Source: Phoronis australis
Lineage: Eukaryota > Animalia > Phoronida
Assembly: GCA_002633005.1 (NCBI GenBank)
Contig: NMRA01000680.1
Coordinates: forward strand, 73,913 to 137,912
Reading direction: 5' to 3'
Length of the DNA stretch: 64,000 nt
Part shown: in pieces, positions 38,962 through 50,700 of the stretch
Position numbering within the stretch: the first letter of the stretch is position 1
Layout of the letters: each line of letters opens with the position of its first letter
Program-made: the position numbers and the translations under genes
The notes under the pieces: generated by a model
What the model was told of the DNA's origin: nothing
Databases searched by the model: none
The model's input: the letters and a program-made list of their open reading frames with translations, nothing else

Positions 38962-41814
38962 TCATTTCTCATCTGAATAAGGAACAAGTGGATACCTATT
39001 TTGTTCCAATAAGTGACTGGTCCAAATAATGAGTGGTTTTCTTCGACGCAAGGTGGATTAATCATAATGGCTGCTTTGATGCTTCACATTTGATACTACT
39101 AAAGAAAATGACGTCATGATGTGAATATCTTACACTTAGCCAAAAGGAGCCACGAGCTTGTATTAAAAGGGAACGCACCACCAGTCAGCTAGCGCACTGG
39201 TCTTAGAGATAACTCCTCAACAGAGGTAGTCTAAAAAGGTTTGCAAGTCTTAACGTGTTTAGTGTTTAACCTTGGGAGCATTTTAGTCAAGGCAAATACC
39301 TTAGTGCAAGCGCCACTTTCCCGATAGCAGAGCAATTTTAACTTCAAATTTTCCCTCTTTACCGTACAGTGTGGCAGACAAGTGCTTTGTTGTCAAAATC
39401 CTCAACGAGAATACAGGTCAAGAGGATTCCAGTATATTGTCAGTTTAGCTAGTACTATAGATGTCATAAACAATACCTGGATTAAGTTTCCTTGCAGCAA
39501 GTCACGCCAAATTTTGAAAAAGTTACGCGTTTGGCAATCACTTCGGTGCAAAATACATGCAAGAAACGTGACGGTACCATCAATTTCTCCTTTCACTGTC
39601 CATACGCTTCTCCTTGCATGCCTCTTTACGAATAAGGAGCGTGACTTCTCAATCCGATATACCACACATACATGTACAAAATGTCACCAAGTGCACGCGC
39701 ACAGGAAAGAAGAGACGCACGATTTCCGTTCACCGTCACATTGCCGTCAACTCCCCTTAAGCAGGCAAATGCATAATTCTCAACAGGTAAAATTTCGGAA
39801 AGTTCAATTTCAAACTGACTACAATGTAACCGAACGTCACATTTGAGAAAGACGGGAGGACACCTACAAATTTGTTTTCCGATAAATTTCCCCAGTAAAG
39901 TTGTTTTAATCTTGTTCTTCAAAATGATCACGCCTGGGAAAATGAAACGTTGAGGAAGCCACCATAAATCGCACGTTACAGAAATTGAATGAAATAGACG
40001 TTTTTAACAACATTTTTATTTTCAAGGATAATATCCACACAGCAAACAGAATTAGAAGCAATAAATAAGTAAAAAGGCCTGTTTAACTCACAAATTTCTA
40101 TATACTGTAACAAAGACAGAGTACGAAACAAATGATTCACCACCATTGTCTATTCCAGAGGGAAATGATAAAGGAGAAAGTGACATCTACTATGTTGCAG
40201 CATAAAAAAGTGCAAATCATAAATTTAGAACTATGGTCACAAGCTGAGCATGTTGGCTAAAAGTTGAGCACACAGACAAACTCAGAGACTGGTGAATTAG
40301 AATTAGAACGGTGAGTGAGTAAAATCAAGTGTAATCGTACAATATTTATGAACCAATCACAACAAATCAAGCAAATTATATATAACCACGCAGTCATATA
40401 ATTCACCACTCTGATATGGTATAAGTAAGACTTCTTGCACACATCTCTTTTCAGACTTAACTATAGGCCAGGATCTGTGACAAAAATGCCATACAAGAAT
40501 GCTTACTAATAAGCAAATAGTTATATCATTCTATAATGCCAACAAAAATAATTAGCACTTTCCAAAAGCTGGAAACAGGCCTCAGTCTGATACAAGAGAG
40601 AATCTTTTAGTTGAGTGCATAAACAAAACAAAAGTGTACATTTTAAATTGAGTATTCGGGTGAACAAATTAATGGCAGCAACATTAGTGACATACTTTGA
40701 AGGCTAAACGGACAATTTGGAATGTTTAAACCTCAAATCTCTGTAATCCCAAGTAAACTAAGCCCTGCTGTATGGACACTAAGGTGCACTATGCTGAAAA
40801 TCTTCTTCCCTAATTTCACAAGTGGCAGTCCTACATACTTGCTGTGGACACATTGAGTTTGAGTGATGTAGGATCTGTTTCATGAAAGAAACCCAAGATC
40901 TAAGTCAGAAATTTGGCTCCATTTGACAATTTCTGAAATAAGGTTACGCAACCTTGCAAAATGTTGACAAACAAACAATAAGTTTTACCCCGGCAACATT
41001 GTTTGTCAGGTAAAACGGCGGCTTGGAAACGAAGGTGTGTCAAGAAGGCTGCGTTCCGGTTGCTCACATAAACTCCTGGCCGCCAGCGATATGTCAATTA
41101 TTAGCGCATCACAGCCTAGAAATAATTTCAAGAAATTATCTCAGTAACAAACAGTTGCTTATGTATTTTCAGATACTTTGCACTCAAGTAAGACTTTCAA
41201 TGTATTCATTTTTCTCAAATAACTATGTGGAGCATAAGGTTGTATTTCTGATATAAGCCTTAAGTCATTTTTCACGAAACGAACCTAGTAGATACTTGGC
41301 TACATCAAGTGAGAAAATGTGAAGCAGATCGAACGTGAATTTGATTGATTTGCGAAGCCCCTCAGGCAGTTGGGGGGTACATACAACCATTTATTCTTCA
41401 ATTGCAATATCAGTTACATCTACAACATGGTGACTACCCAGTGACGTATGTCAATTTCCAAATTCCATGTATGATCCACGGATTAACACACAATCAAGTG
41501 TTCCATTGTGAAAACAAGTATTCCATCATTGTAAGTAGCAACAAACAGCTAGCACTGATACACTCAGAACATGAAAGACTTCCCGATCATTTCTTGACAT
41601 ACCTTACCTACAATTTACTCATTCTTGTGATAACCCTTGCTTCAAGAAGGTGACTGTTTTGAGATACAACCGGCATTGTTTCAATGAATAAACCTATTAA
41701 AGAACCAAGCTATGTCTTAAAGACTAAGCCCTATCAGGTTACTGATAATTGCTTATGTAATCCTATACATGGCATTCATCACATTCACATGTTATTCAAG
41801 CAGTAGCCCAATAA

Positions 41815-41942
41815 TTACACCTCTACATCAAGCTTGACCAAGTCTACACTCATATCCCAAAGTCTCTTTTGGTACTCCTCATTGTAGGATTCCTCAGATG
41901 AAGCGTGCTCCTCATTACTCTTGAAAAACTTTCCAGTGACAT
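41815..41942 (-). CDS. Short-chain dehydrogenase/reductase (RDH11-14/WWOX-like) paralog 1, exon 6 (terminal)
   Basis: tttcaatttcag|(D)VTGKFFKSNEEHASSEESYNEEYQKRLWDMSVDLVKLDVEV*; typical RDH C-terminal GKxF...LWxxS. Confidence 0.88.
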
Positions 41943-42109
41943 CTGAAATTGAAAGAAATGCAGGACTTGGACTATACTGTTTTATGGTCTGTGCAAGGAA
42001 ACTCCTATCCACACAATTAACACAATAGATGGTAAACTCCCCCAAATTTAGAATACTTGACAATGGACAGGTGAGATGTCCTTTGTCAATGATTATTCTC
42101 TTATAACAG

Positions 42110-42896
42110 AAGAGTACGTGGAGTATCTGAAAATGGAGAGATGGCGTCACCTCACAAACAGATGCCTGTATGCCAAATTTTATGAAAATAGATTGAGGAC
42201 CTTTGAAGATAGAGAGGTAAACGTAAAAAAATAAAACTGCCACTAGGTGGCACAAAAGTAGTCAGATCTGTCTGATAGTCATCATCCTGCGTTATTAACA
42301 TCATATAAAAATGCACTTACTAAATTTAGATCCTGCAAATGGTTTAGGAAATACAGCCATAGGCGCAAAAAAACAAAATTGCCACTGGGAGGCTCCACTG
42401 TAGTTGAAGTCGTCGGAAAACCATCGTCAGCCGTTCACTTCATAGTGAGAACATACATGACAATTTTTGCAAATATCCTTTGAGCGGTTTGGTTGATGGA
42501 GGGATGGATGCTAAAAAACAGACTTGAAAACAGTAAAAATGACCACTGGGTGGCGCAAAATACCCGAATCCATCCGAAAACGGAAGGATAGCGTCACCTC
42601 ATTAATAGATGCCTATGTGCCAAATTTCATGAAAATCGGTTGTGTACCTTTCAAGATCAAGAGGCAAAAGTAAAAAAACTAAAATTGCCACCAGGGGGCA
42701 AAAGTGGTATTCGGGTCAGTCCCAAACTCGTCGCCCTCTGTCGTCAACCCCATACGAACACACCTGCCAAATTTCAATAAGATCCTGCAAGTGGTTTAGG
42801 AGATACAGCCGCGGATCCCGGTCGCCAGACGCCGGGACGCCCAGACAGAGATGACGGCAATATGTACCCACATATAAATATGTGGGCGCATAAAAA
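42110..42896 (+). mobile_element. Helentron-associated-like element with ~150-bp tandem units and a 3' hairpin, in the last SDR intron
   Basis: Units with ccaaattt...gaagatagagagg...gccac(t/c)(a/g)gg; terminal hairpin cccacatat-aa-atatgtggg (42867-42886) followed by cataaaaa. Confidence 0.7.
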
Positions 42897-43514
42897 TGAT
42901 AACATCCTGCAAGAATGTAGTGAAATTTGAATGAGGGAATGCCATGGAATGCCATATGTAAGCGATGTCTTTGCTCAATTCTAAGCACAAGATCTATGTT
43001 GGTGCACACCAAGGATTCCAAGGAACACAGCAGCTAAATTTTACGAAGATCAAGGGGTTTAGGAGAAACAGCTGCAGACCAAGGATGGTGGACACCCGCA
43101 CAGAGAAGTCAATAATATGCATCCACACATCATGTAGCTTAAAGTAACATTAAAAAGAGTGCTTTCTGCCAAAACCCAAGTTTTGATTTAGGCCATATAG
43201 CATTTCAAAAGTGACCTCAAATTGTTCCTTACTTATACCAGGAATGATTTCCGGGCTGTCAAAGAACTTCAGGTCATGCTGTAATGTGAAGTTTTATGAG
43301 CTTGACCTGAAGAAATGTCCATTTGCCAGTTCTTTCCTAACTCAAGAGATGATTTTGAAGCTAAAGGAACAAATTATTTTAATAATTTAACAAGTTCATC
43401 TGACTTAAAAGTCAGACACTAGAATCGGCAGACCGAAGCCAGTGTTGTAATCAATATCACTTAGTGCACGAGTGGACACACAAAAACATCATTATACACA
43501 GTGGCAAAAACTAC

Positions 43515-43667
43515 CTTTTATGTTAACCAACTTGAGAACTTTTTTCTTTGCATCTTCCTCTGTTTCGGCAGTTCCCTTCCACAAGAGGAATGGAGACAGA
43601 ATGTACTTTAGCAGGAAGACGACAAATCCAGGAAAATTTCTTCCCAGGCGTGTGCTGGGTATAAAGC
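43515..43667 (-). CDS. SDR paralog 1, exon 5
   Basis: tttttag|(G)FIPSTRLGRNFPGFVVFLLKYILSPFLLWKGTAETEEDAKKKVLKLVNIK|gtagtt; 153 nt, phase 1/1. Confidence 0.82.
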
Positions 43668-44891
43668 CTAAAAAGTTAAGAGGATGTTTGACATTATTCT
43701 CTGACTGAAGTCGGCAAGTACAATACTCCACTGGGCCAACACTGTCTGTCAGTACTATTCAATGCAATTTTAACATTTGCCCACACAGAAAATTGGTGAC
43801 GCTCTGGGACATACTAGTAACTGGGACACCGTAATGACTTAAATATAACAAATTACTTCCATTATGTGTACCCGACGTTTGATGTAAATCCAAAATGGTA
43901 CAAGAAAGGCCACTTTGCAGAATATCTCAGTGGGGCTGAAAGAAAAAAGTTTCATCCTCATGGAAGCTCAAGACCCTCTGGTTCAGCAAAATTCAAAATT
44001 AATTTGTTAAACGTGGAAATGCATCTTGGACTCCGACGACAACTATAAAGTTGTACTATCTCATACTTGCTATAGAAAAGTATTGTAATTGTAAGCCATT
44101 GTGTAATGTAACCTGCTCACAACATTTGCAGCATTCAATCAGAACAGATGGCCCAGAAAAGTATGAGCTATGTACTTAATAAGCACCTTTCATTTGATAC
44201 AATACGGCATTATTATCATATTCCCAAGTTTACATAACACTTGCCAGACCACATCAGTAACATTTGTCAGACACTACCAAATAACACAATGAGCAGTCAT
44301 AATTTTAATCATACTGCATTCAAGACCTCCCACGGTTGTGACCCTTTTGAAACCCTTAGCCTTAATTTACAGCAATTTACAAAATGTACAACAAACTAGA
44401 TGTCAGACTTGGACAAAACCCACCCACACTCAACCAAACTTCTGATAATACCCAGTATCACAAAAACAATATCCTAATTGGCACTGACAGATTAAACATG
44501 ATACTGGCAGTCACTGGCTTGCTCACTGGAATAAGACGGTTCAAAAGGAAATGGACACAAGGCTGTAAAACAGTAATGATGAAAATTTTTAGTCAGAAAA
44601 CAGTTTGACATCACCAGCATTGCTCAAAGCTTAATTCTATATTTGACTTAGGGAACTAGGTAGAACTCTAAAAGCATTGATTAGAAATATTTCACAGATA
44701 CAGTAGAAGACAAGGGTAGACAGATAAAATATCATTTCCCTGTCATAACGGCTATCTGTAAACAGTAAAACTGGCAGGTAATAAATATTACGGGGGAAAA
44801 ATTGTAATTGCAGTATTGATTAGCTACCTTACTCCCGATAAAAAAATCATTGTAACCACTATCAGGAATAATCAGGAATTCATTACTTAAC

Positions 44892-45065
44892 CTGGACACA
44901 TGCAGTTGACTGTAACGCCTGTACCCTCAAGTTTCCTCGCTAGTTCATAAGTGAATAAAACATTCATCAGTTTGGAGTCCTTGTATGCCTGAGCACCATT
45001 ATATCGGCCTGGATCCTTCTCATACATCATGTCATCCAAGTTTATAGGCACGCTCTTAAATGTAC
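44892..45065 (-). CDS. SDR paralog 1, exon 4 (catalytic YxxxK)
   Basis: [51 protein letters not shown]; ctcctag acceptor, gttaag donor; 174 nt. Confidence 0.92.
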
Positions 45066-46717
45066 CTAGGAGTTGCAACAAGAGAAATGACATGTTGAAG
45101 CTGGTTTTTCCTTTAGTTAACATACTGTATAGTTAGCTTTTAAAAAATGATGATATCTCTTCTCATCAAAAATCGGCAAAATAAATGTTTTTGCTTTACA
45201 GACAACCATCTTCCAACTTTCTGTTGATTTTATGCCAATTTTCACATTCATACTCTGCTACTTTCCCCTCAACTGGTCATTAATCCTGGCACCCTGTTTG
45301 GTCAAGTTTCAGATGGCCTCAAGAGGGGTAAAAACTTCAGGTACTTCTGTAGTTGCCAACTTCAGGAATCCCTTCAAGAGATTAATGTCGTCCACACATT
45401 GCAAGCTTCAATCATTCTCTAGTTTGAAAGACACATGACTCGCCATATGATAGAAGTTTGCATAAAAGCAAATAGCATTCACCTCCGAGGGAAATATGAG
45501 GCCACGAAAACATCCAAAACAAATGTGTGGTAGATAAAGTATTCTTCTCTAATGTCCTAAGTTCTCTGAACATTTTCGACTAATTTTCTTCGCGATTTCT
45601 AACAAAATGTCGGAAACACAAAACTGATTAGGACCAAATTTGTCAACTTTTTTGGAAAATTCTGAAGTTTAGCTTTCAAAACATGAGAAATATGTTTTCA
45701 TCAGGCAATCTGGGAAATTTAGTGCAAAACTAAGGACTTCCAGGCTGGAAGTCCAGGATTTCTGTGATAAACCCCAAAACCAGATGACTGTGGCTTGTAT
45801 TTCATGATTTCACCGATTCCCTATAAATGACATTGGAACCAGGTTTAGCTTTAATAGCTATTAGATATTATTCAAGATGTAAAGTGGAATTATCCTGAAG
45901 AAAAGTGGCTTCCTGAGTTAAGCCTCAATGATCAACACCTTACACCAAACAGGGACATCTTCCACAAGAAAAATAATTTTATTGAGATTAGATCTAACAC
46001 AGAATCGAAACCAATAACTCTGCAATTGCAGCAACATGGTCTACAGCTGAGCAAAACTTCATGCATTAAATTACTGAATATTTTATGCATATTTAAATGG
46101 TAAAGACAATAGCCTTGATTTCAGCGAATGTTTGGCAAAAAACGGTTTAAGTTGCTGATTTGAAACAAAATCACAAATAAAGCACAAGTTCCGTTGTTTT
46201 ACCACTCTGTTCAAAACTATTTACATCAATAAGTTCTTTCTATTTAACAATCATCACAAAACTGCATTTTTCAGTTGCAAAAACAAAATAGTGTCCCCAT
46301 AAATGGCATGATAGTATTTCAAGCATAGACAACTGCTGAAGTCACAGGCCTTTACTTCAGCAAAGGACTGGCAGCCAAGGGCAAGATAACTTATAAAAAC
46401 ACCAAAACAAGGATTTTGTTGTTTTACAGCTCTGGTCACAGCTAATAACTTAAAGCGGGCAATTCCATCAAACTTTTATCCCAAAAGTGCGTAAAAACAA
46501 ACGCGTCCCTTTAAATCTAATGTTTTGTGTTAGTTGACCTGGTCAGACGAGGTACCAAAGATACATCAACGGATAACCGTATCAGCTCTGGATAAAACCA
46601 CTAAGACAAGGTCTGCTTAGTATCTTTTAAATTTATAAGCCTACTCACTGACCAAAATGAACAGGGAAGTGACAGGATTATTTCGCAACCAATATAATCG
46701 TGTTAATATGGACGTAC

Positions 46718-46840
46718 TTCCGCCAGCTTTCACGTTGTAATCATGAAGTGTGGAGGAGATATTAACGACTGTAGATGTACCACATTCAGAGGCCGTCTTC
46801 TTTAATACATCCAGCAACAAGCAGGTCAACAGGAAGTGTC
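46718..46840 (-). CDS. SDR paralog 1, exon 3
   Basis: ttgttag|(G)HFLLTCLLLDVLKKTASECGTSTVVNISSTLHDYNVKAGG|gtacgt; 123 nt. Confidence 0.9.
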
Positions 46841-46974
46841 CTAACAAAGCAGAAGATACTTTAGTTTTCAGTGTAAGCCATTCAAGAGATGACAAAATAA
46901 CAAACAGGTTATTCAAATTCTAGGACGATCATTTTTAATAATGACTTTGCTGTTAACTTTAATTAGCAATTAAG

Positions 46975-47228
46975 CAGGGCTTGGAATGACCAATGACAAA
47001 AAAGAAGAAAACTTTCCAGGCGATGTATCGTACCACAAATAAATAGGCTTTGGTGATGAAAATATTTTATGTGTCATAAAATTCAACCAAAATAAACGTT
47101 TTTGCATGAATAAAGTCAAAATAAAGAGGAAAAAGAAACAATAAAAAGAGGAAACTGGAAATCAAATAAGAGGAAATCGAAAAGAAAAACTAGGAAATCC
47201 TGTTTAAAGAGGAAAGTTCCAAGCCCAG
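46975..47228. mobile_element. MITE with CAGGGCTTGGAA terminal inverted repeat and internal AGAGGAAA repeats
   Basis: cagggcttggaa...ttccaagcccag; attaag directly on both sides (46969-46974, 47229-47234). Confidence 0.7.
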
Positions 47229-47645
47229 ATTAAGTCCTAGAAATGCTTCAACAAAAACCAGATCAAAACATTGAGTGACACGTCAGTATGACAAAAATGG
47301 CCAACTTCAACTGAAATGAGATGTCGCAACCTGACAGTCACACTACCCAAGCAGCAAACAGTATGTTTTTTAAATTTCTGTGATATTTTTGATATTTTAC
47401 CCATGTCCTTCAATTTTAATTTAAACAAGTTCAGGATATAATTTTCATCGATAAACAGAAAAACGTGCTTGATGTCATTCACATCAGTTTCCTGGGCCAA
47501 CAAAAGTCTGCTCAGACTGAACAAAACTTTAAAAGATGGTACACCTATAAGTACAAATGATGCCAGTCACTTTGCAAAAGAGTTCAACTAGAATGAGCAA
47601 GTCAAATGCAGACTTAATAGGACCCAGCTGATCATTTCTACATAC

Positions 47646-47808
47646 CTAAATGATTTGTGCCAACCGTCAACTCGAAACCATCTTTTGTCAGCAACTTTTC
47701 CTTGCCCATCCATACACCAGCATTATTAACCAGTGCGTTAAGTTTTAGTCCTTCTTTGTGAAAATTCTCAGAAAACTGTCTCACAGATGACAAGTCTGCC
47801 AGGTCAAG
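47646..47808 (-). CDS. SDR paralog 1, exon 2
   Basis: gcacag|LDLADLSSVRQFSENFHKEGLKLNALVNNAGVWMGKEKLLTKDGFELTVGTNHL(G)|gtatgt; NNAG and NHLG motifs. Confidence 0.92.
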
Positions 47809-48640
47809 CTGTGCCAAAATATATATCAGTAAAGTACTGTGCAGAGACAATATTTTACAGAAGTTCATTCAACTTGAGGAATGGGTCAGTAGATCACAGC
47901 TCCCTTTGCTCACTAATCTCACATGCCCTATTTCCTAATCATCAGTATTACACAAAGTAGTCCTGAGGGCGATTTATATCCACTAATCTTCATTTGGGAC
48001 ATCCCATTTCACACAATTTTGACTGTTGAATGTGTTCATTGACATTATGTCATGAAAACATGTTGTTACATTGTGGTCGGAATAGAGCTCAACGGTGTGT
48101 TTTTGGCTTAGTAAACTGCTTTATCTTTGAAGCAGGCCATTTCTGACAAACGGTATAGTGCTAAATATAACTTATGGTAGAGGAATTAAACACTCACTAT
48201 CTATAACAACCTATAACAGTTTACTGTAATTGCTAGGACTAAAAGGCCTAGGTGACTCTGTCAGCTCTAACCAAAGACATTGTTAAATATTTTCACAATT
48301 CCTTGAACTTGTAGAAATGTTTCCAGAAAACAACGAAATTAAACCGACAAAAATTCAGTTTAACTGGCATTCAAATAACTCTAAGAAACAGATACCATGA
48401 TAGTACATTCCAACGTACTGTATGTCAGGTCCATTTGGACGTATACTTAATTGCTATAACTGGACCCAGACTGAATAATACTGTGGCGTCAAAGATCAGA
48501 CACTAGACCCATCGTGACACACAGGTGATCAGCCAGAGCCAATTCTCTGGCAAAACCAGTTAACATTACGAGACAGTTTCTCTATTTTGAAAGAACTAAC
48601 ATAGTATAAACAAAGAATATTAGCCAATCAGGAGACGCAC

Positions 48641-48826
48641 CAGCATGAACCGAGCCTTGGCATTAGGGATGGCCTTCTTGACTTCTTCCACAGCCTGCTG
48701 GCCATTGGTTGGGTTACGGCAGGCCAGGATGACTTCCCAACCTTCTTCACACAGTCCTTTGACAGTGACCAGACCGATGCCAACATTGGAACCGGTTACT
48801 ATAGCTACACGGGAATCTTCTGCCAT
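48641..48826 (-). CDS. SDR paralog 1, first coding exon (Rossmann TGxxxGIG)
   Basis: MAEDSRVAIVTGSNVGIG...VILACRN...ARFML|gtgcgt; acceptor ttttcag 6 nt upstream of the ATG. The six exons total 927 nt (308 aa). Confidence 0.92.
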
Positions 48827-50189
48827 GCTAGGCTGAAAACAAAGTTGGCAAATCTTTTTAACATCACAGCAAATTTGTGTATCCGAGATGAATTATACAA
48901 TAAAACCATGCACTCAAACACCAAAGCAACGGGAGTATACTCAATATTTTTTGGTTACCTTCATGTCAATAATGCAAGTCTATACTTTTTATAAACTTAA
49001 ACTCACTTCGCGTCCTTGGTCTTTAAATGATGAAAGATGACATTGAAATGAACTTGAGCATTGTTACCGCTAAAGTTCAAATTCACAGTGCAAGGTACTT
49101 CAATTTTGGATGTAATATCAGGTTACTGACCGATTATAGTATATTGAGGTGGACTTCATATGATTTATAAGGTTGCAAATGAACCTTTCAGAACTAGTGC
49201 TAACAACAAATAATTAACACTATCATTCTAACTACTTAACACACAGGTCTTGGCTACACAATTGGCTTAAACCTAAATGAATTCACATATTAGCAGAACT
49301 ATTCAATCGCAAATGTTGACAAAAAGGGTATTTTTTGGTTGAACAGGCATAAACTTAGCCCGGCAGTTATAAATGTGATTAGAAAAGGCATTGAGTGAGT
49401 AGAAAATTGCTGACCATAGTCGTCCAAGTAGCGAGCAAACTTTCAGAGTGGTTAGGGACTCTATCGTTCGGAGTACAAACAATAAAATTTTCTTCTACAT
49501 TGCTGAAGCATAATTTGAACAAATTTTGTTTCAATTATTTTCAAACCAGCTAGTTTTAACTCAAAATTGTCATGCCTTAAAAGGCATGACAATGATAAAT
49601 TTTGAGATGCATTTGTCATTGCAATAGAATCGAGCAACACAATATCCTATTCAGTGACGTTGCGATATTGGAAATGATGTTTACCAAGACCAGAGTCACC
49701 CAAAAACTTTCATTTTGTGCCACAAGTTTATTTTCAAAACATTCCATCTTTATTCGCAGTTTAAAACAGGTGTTTACTCAGTTCTATTTGAAATTTCAAA
49801 CAGACATGGTGAGGTCTTGGGAAACTTTTCGAATGACCAATTTTTCCATACATGGCCTGCATGGATTTGACTTGTTATGTCAGTGAAAAAGTTAACAGTA
49901 CCTTGACTCATTAATTGAGAGATCATGGACATAGTGCACTTTGTGAATACTTCCCGAGTCGCTAACATTTTTCTTTTCACATTTCCGAACAGAAATTTTA
50001 AACATAAAAGGTATTCGAACAGCATATTCTAGAGACAAGGGGTGACAAAAATATTCCGTTTTACTTTGTCTTATGTCCTAATATAAATGAACTGCCTCGG
50101 CGTACGCGTTCTGAAAACACATCTGGTCACCAGAGCATCAGCATTTTATTTTTAATGAAGAGCATGAACACCTTTTCCTAACAATCACA

Positions 50190-50700
50190 TTGATCCAAGA
50201 GTATCTTCATCAACATGTACACCTGCCCTCAGTCACAGTATGGTTCCAAAGACCTTCAGTGAGTCATACAATTAGGTCACAGACGGTGTATATGCGTTAA
50301 GAGGAATCTCTCAGCGTGTGAAAATGCATTCTCTTGGTAAGACTAGATCGTCCAAATTCTCACTGCCATAGCACCAACTGAATAGCTGCCAACATCTGCC
50401 CAATATACAAATGATTTTGATGGAGCAAGTTTCTCAGCTGAGCCAACACGGAATGAAACTTGTGAGTCCTGAAAAGCATGCTGGGCAACTTGATTTTATG
50501 GCACAGTCACCCCGCTGTCAACCAAGCTTTTGAGACCCAGGTAAAGCCCTGTTGAATGCAGTGTTGCTACAGGCTTATCCAGTGCTCTATTTGAGCCATC
50601 AGTCACAGTGAGAAAGACAAGGTTGTTCCAGTTATTCTTATAAATATTTCCTGTTACCTAGCAGCAAAATTTTCACTGCCTCAGTCAAAGCAACTGCATT
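50190..50700 (-). pseudogene. Possible decayed class I SAM-dependent methyltransferase (Methyltransf_11-like) pseudogene
   Basis: Frameshifted fragments in the expected order: NRALD..., QVSFRVGSAEKL, EPYCD, VHVDED; multiple stops. Confidence 0.3.
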
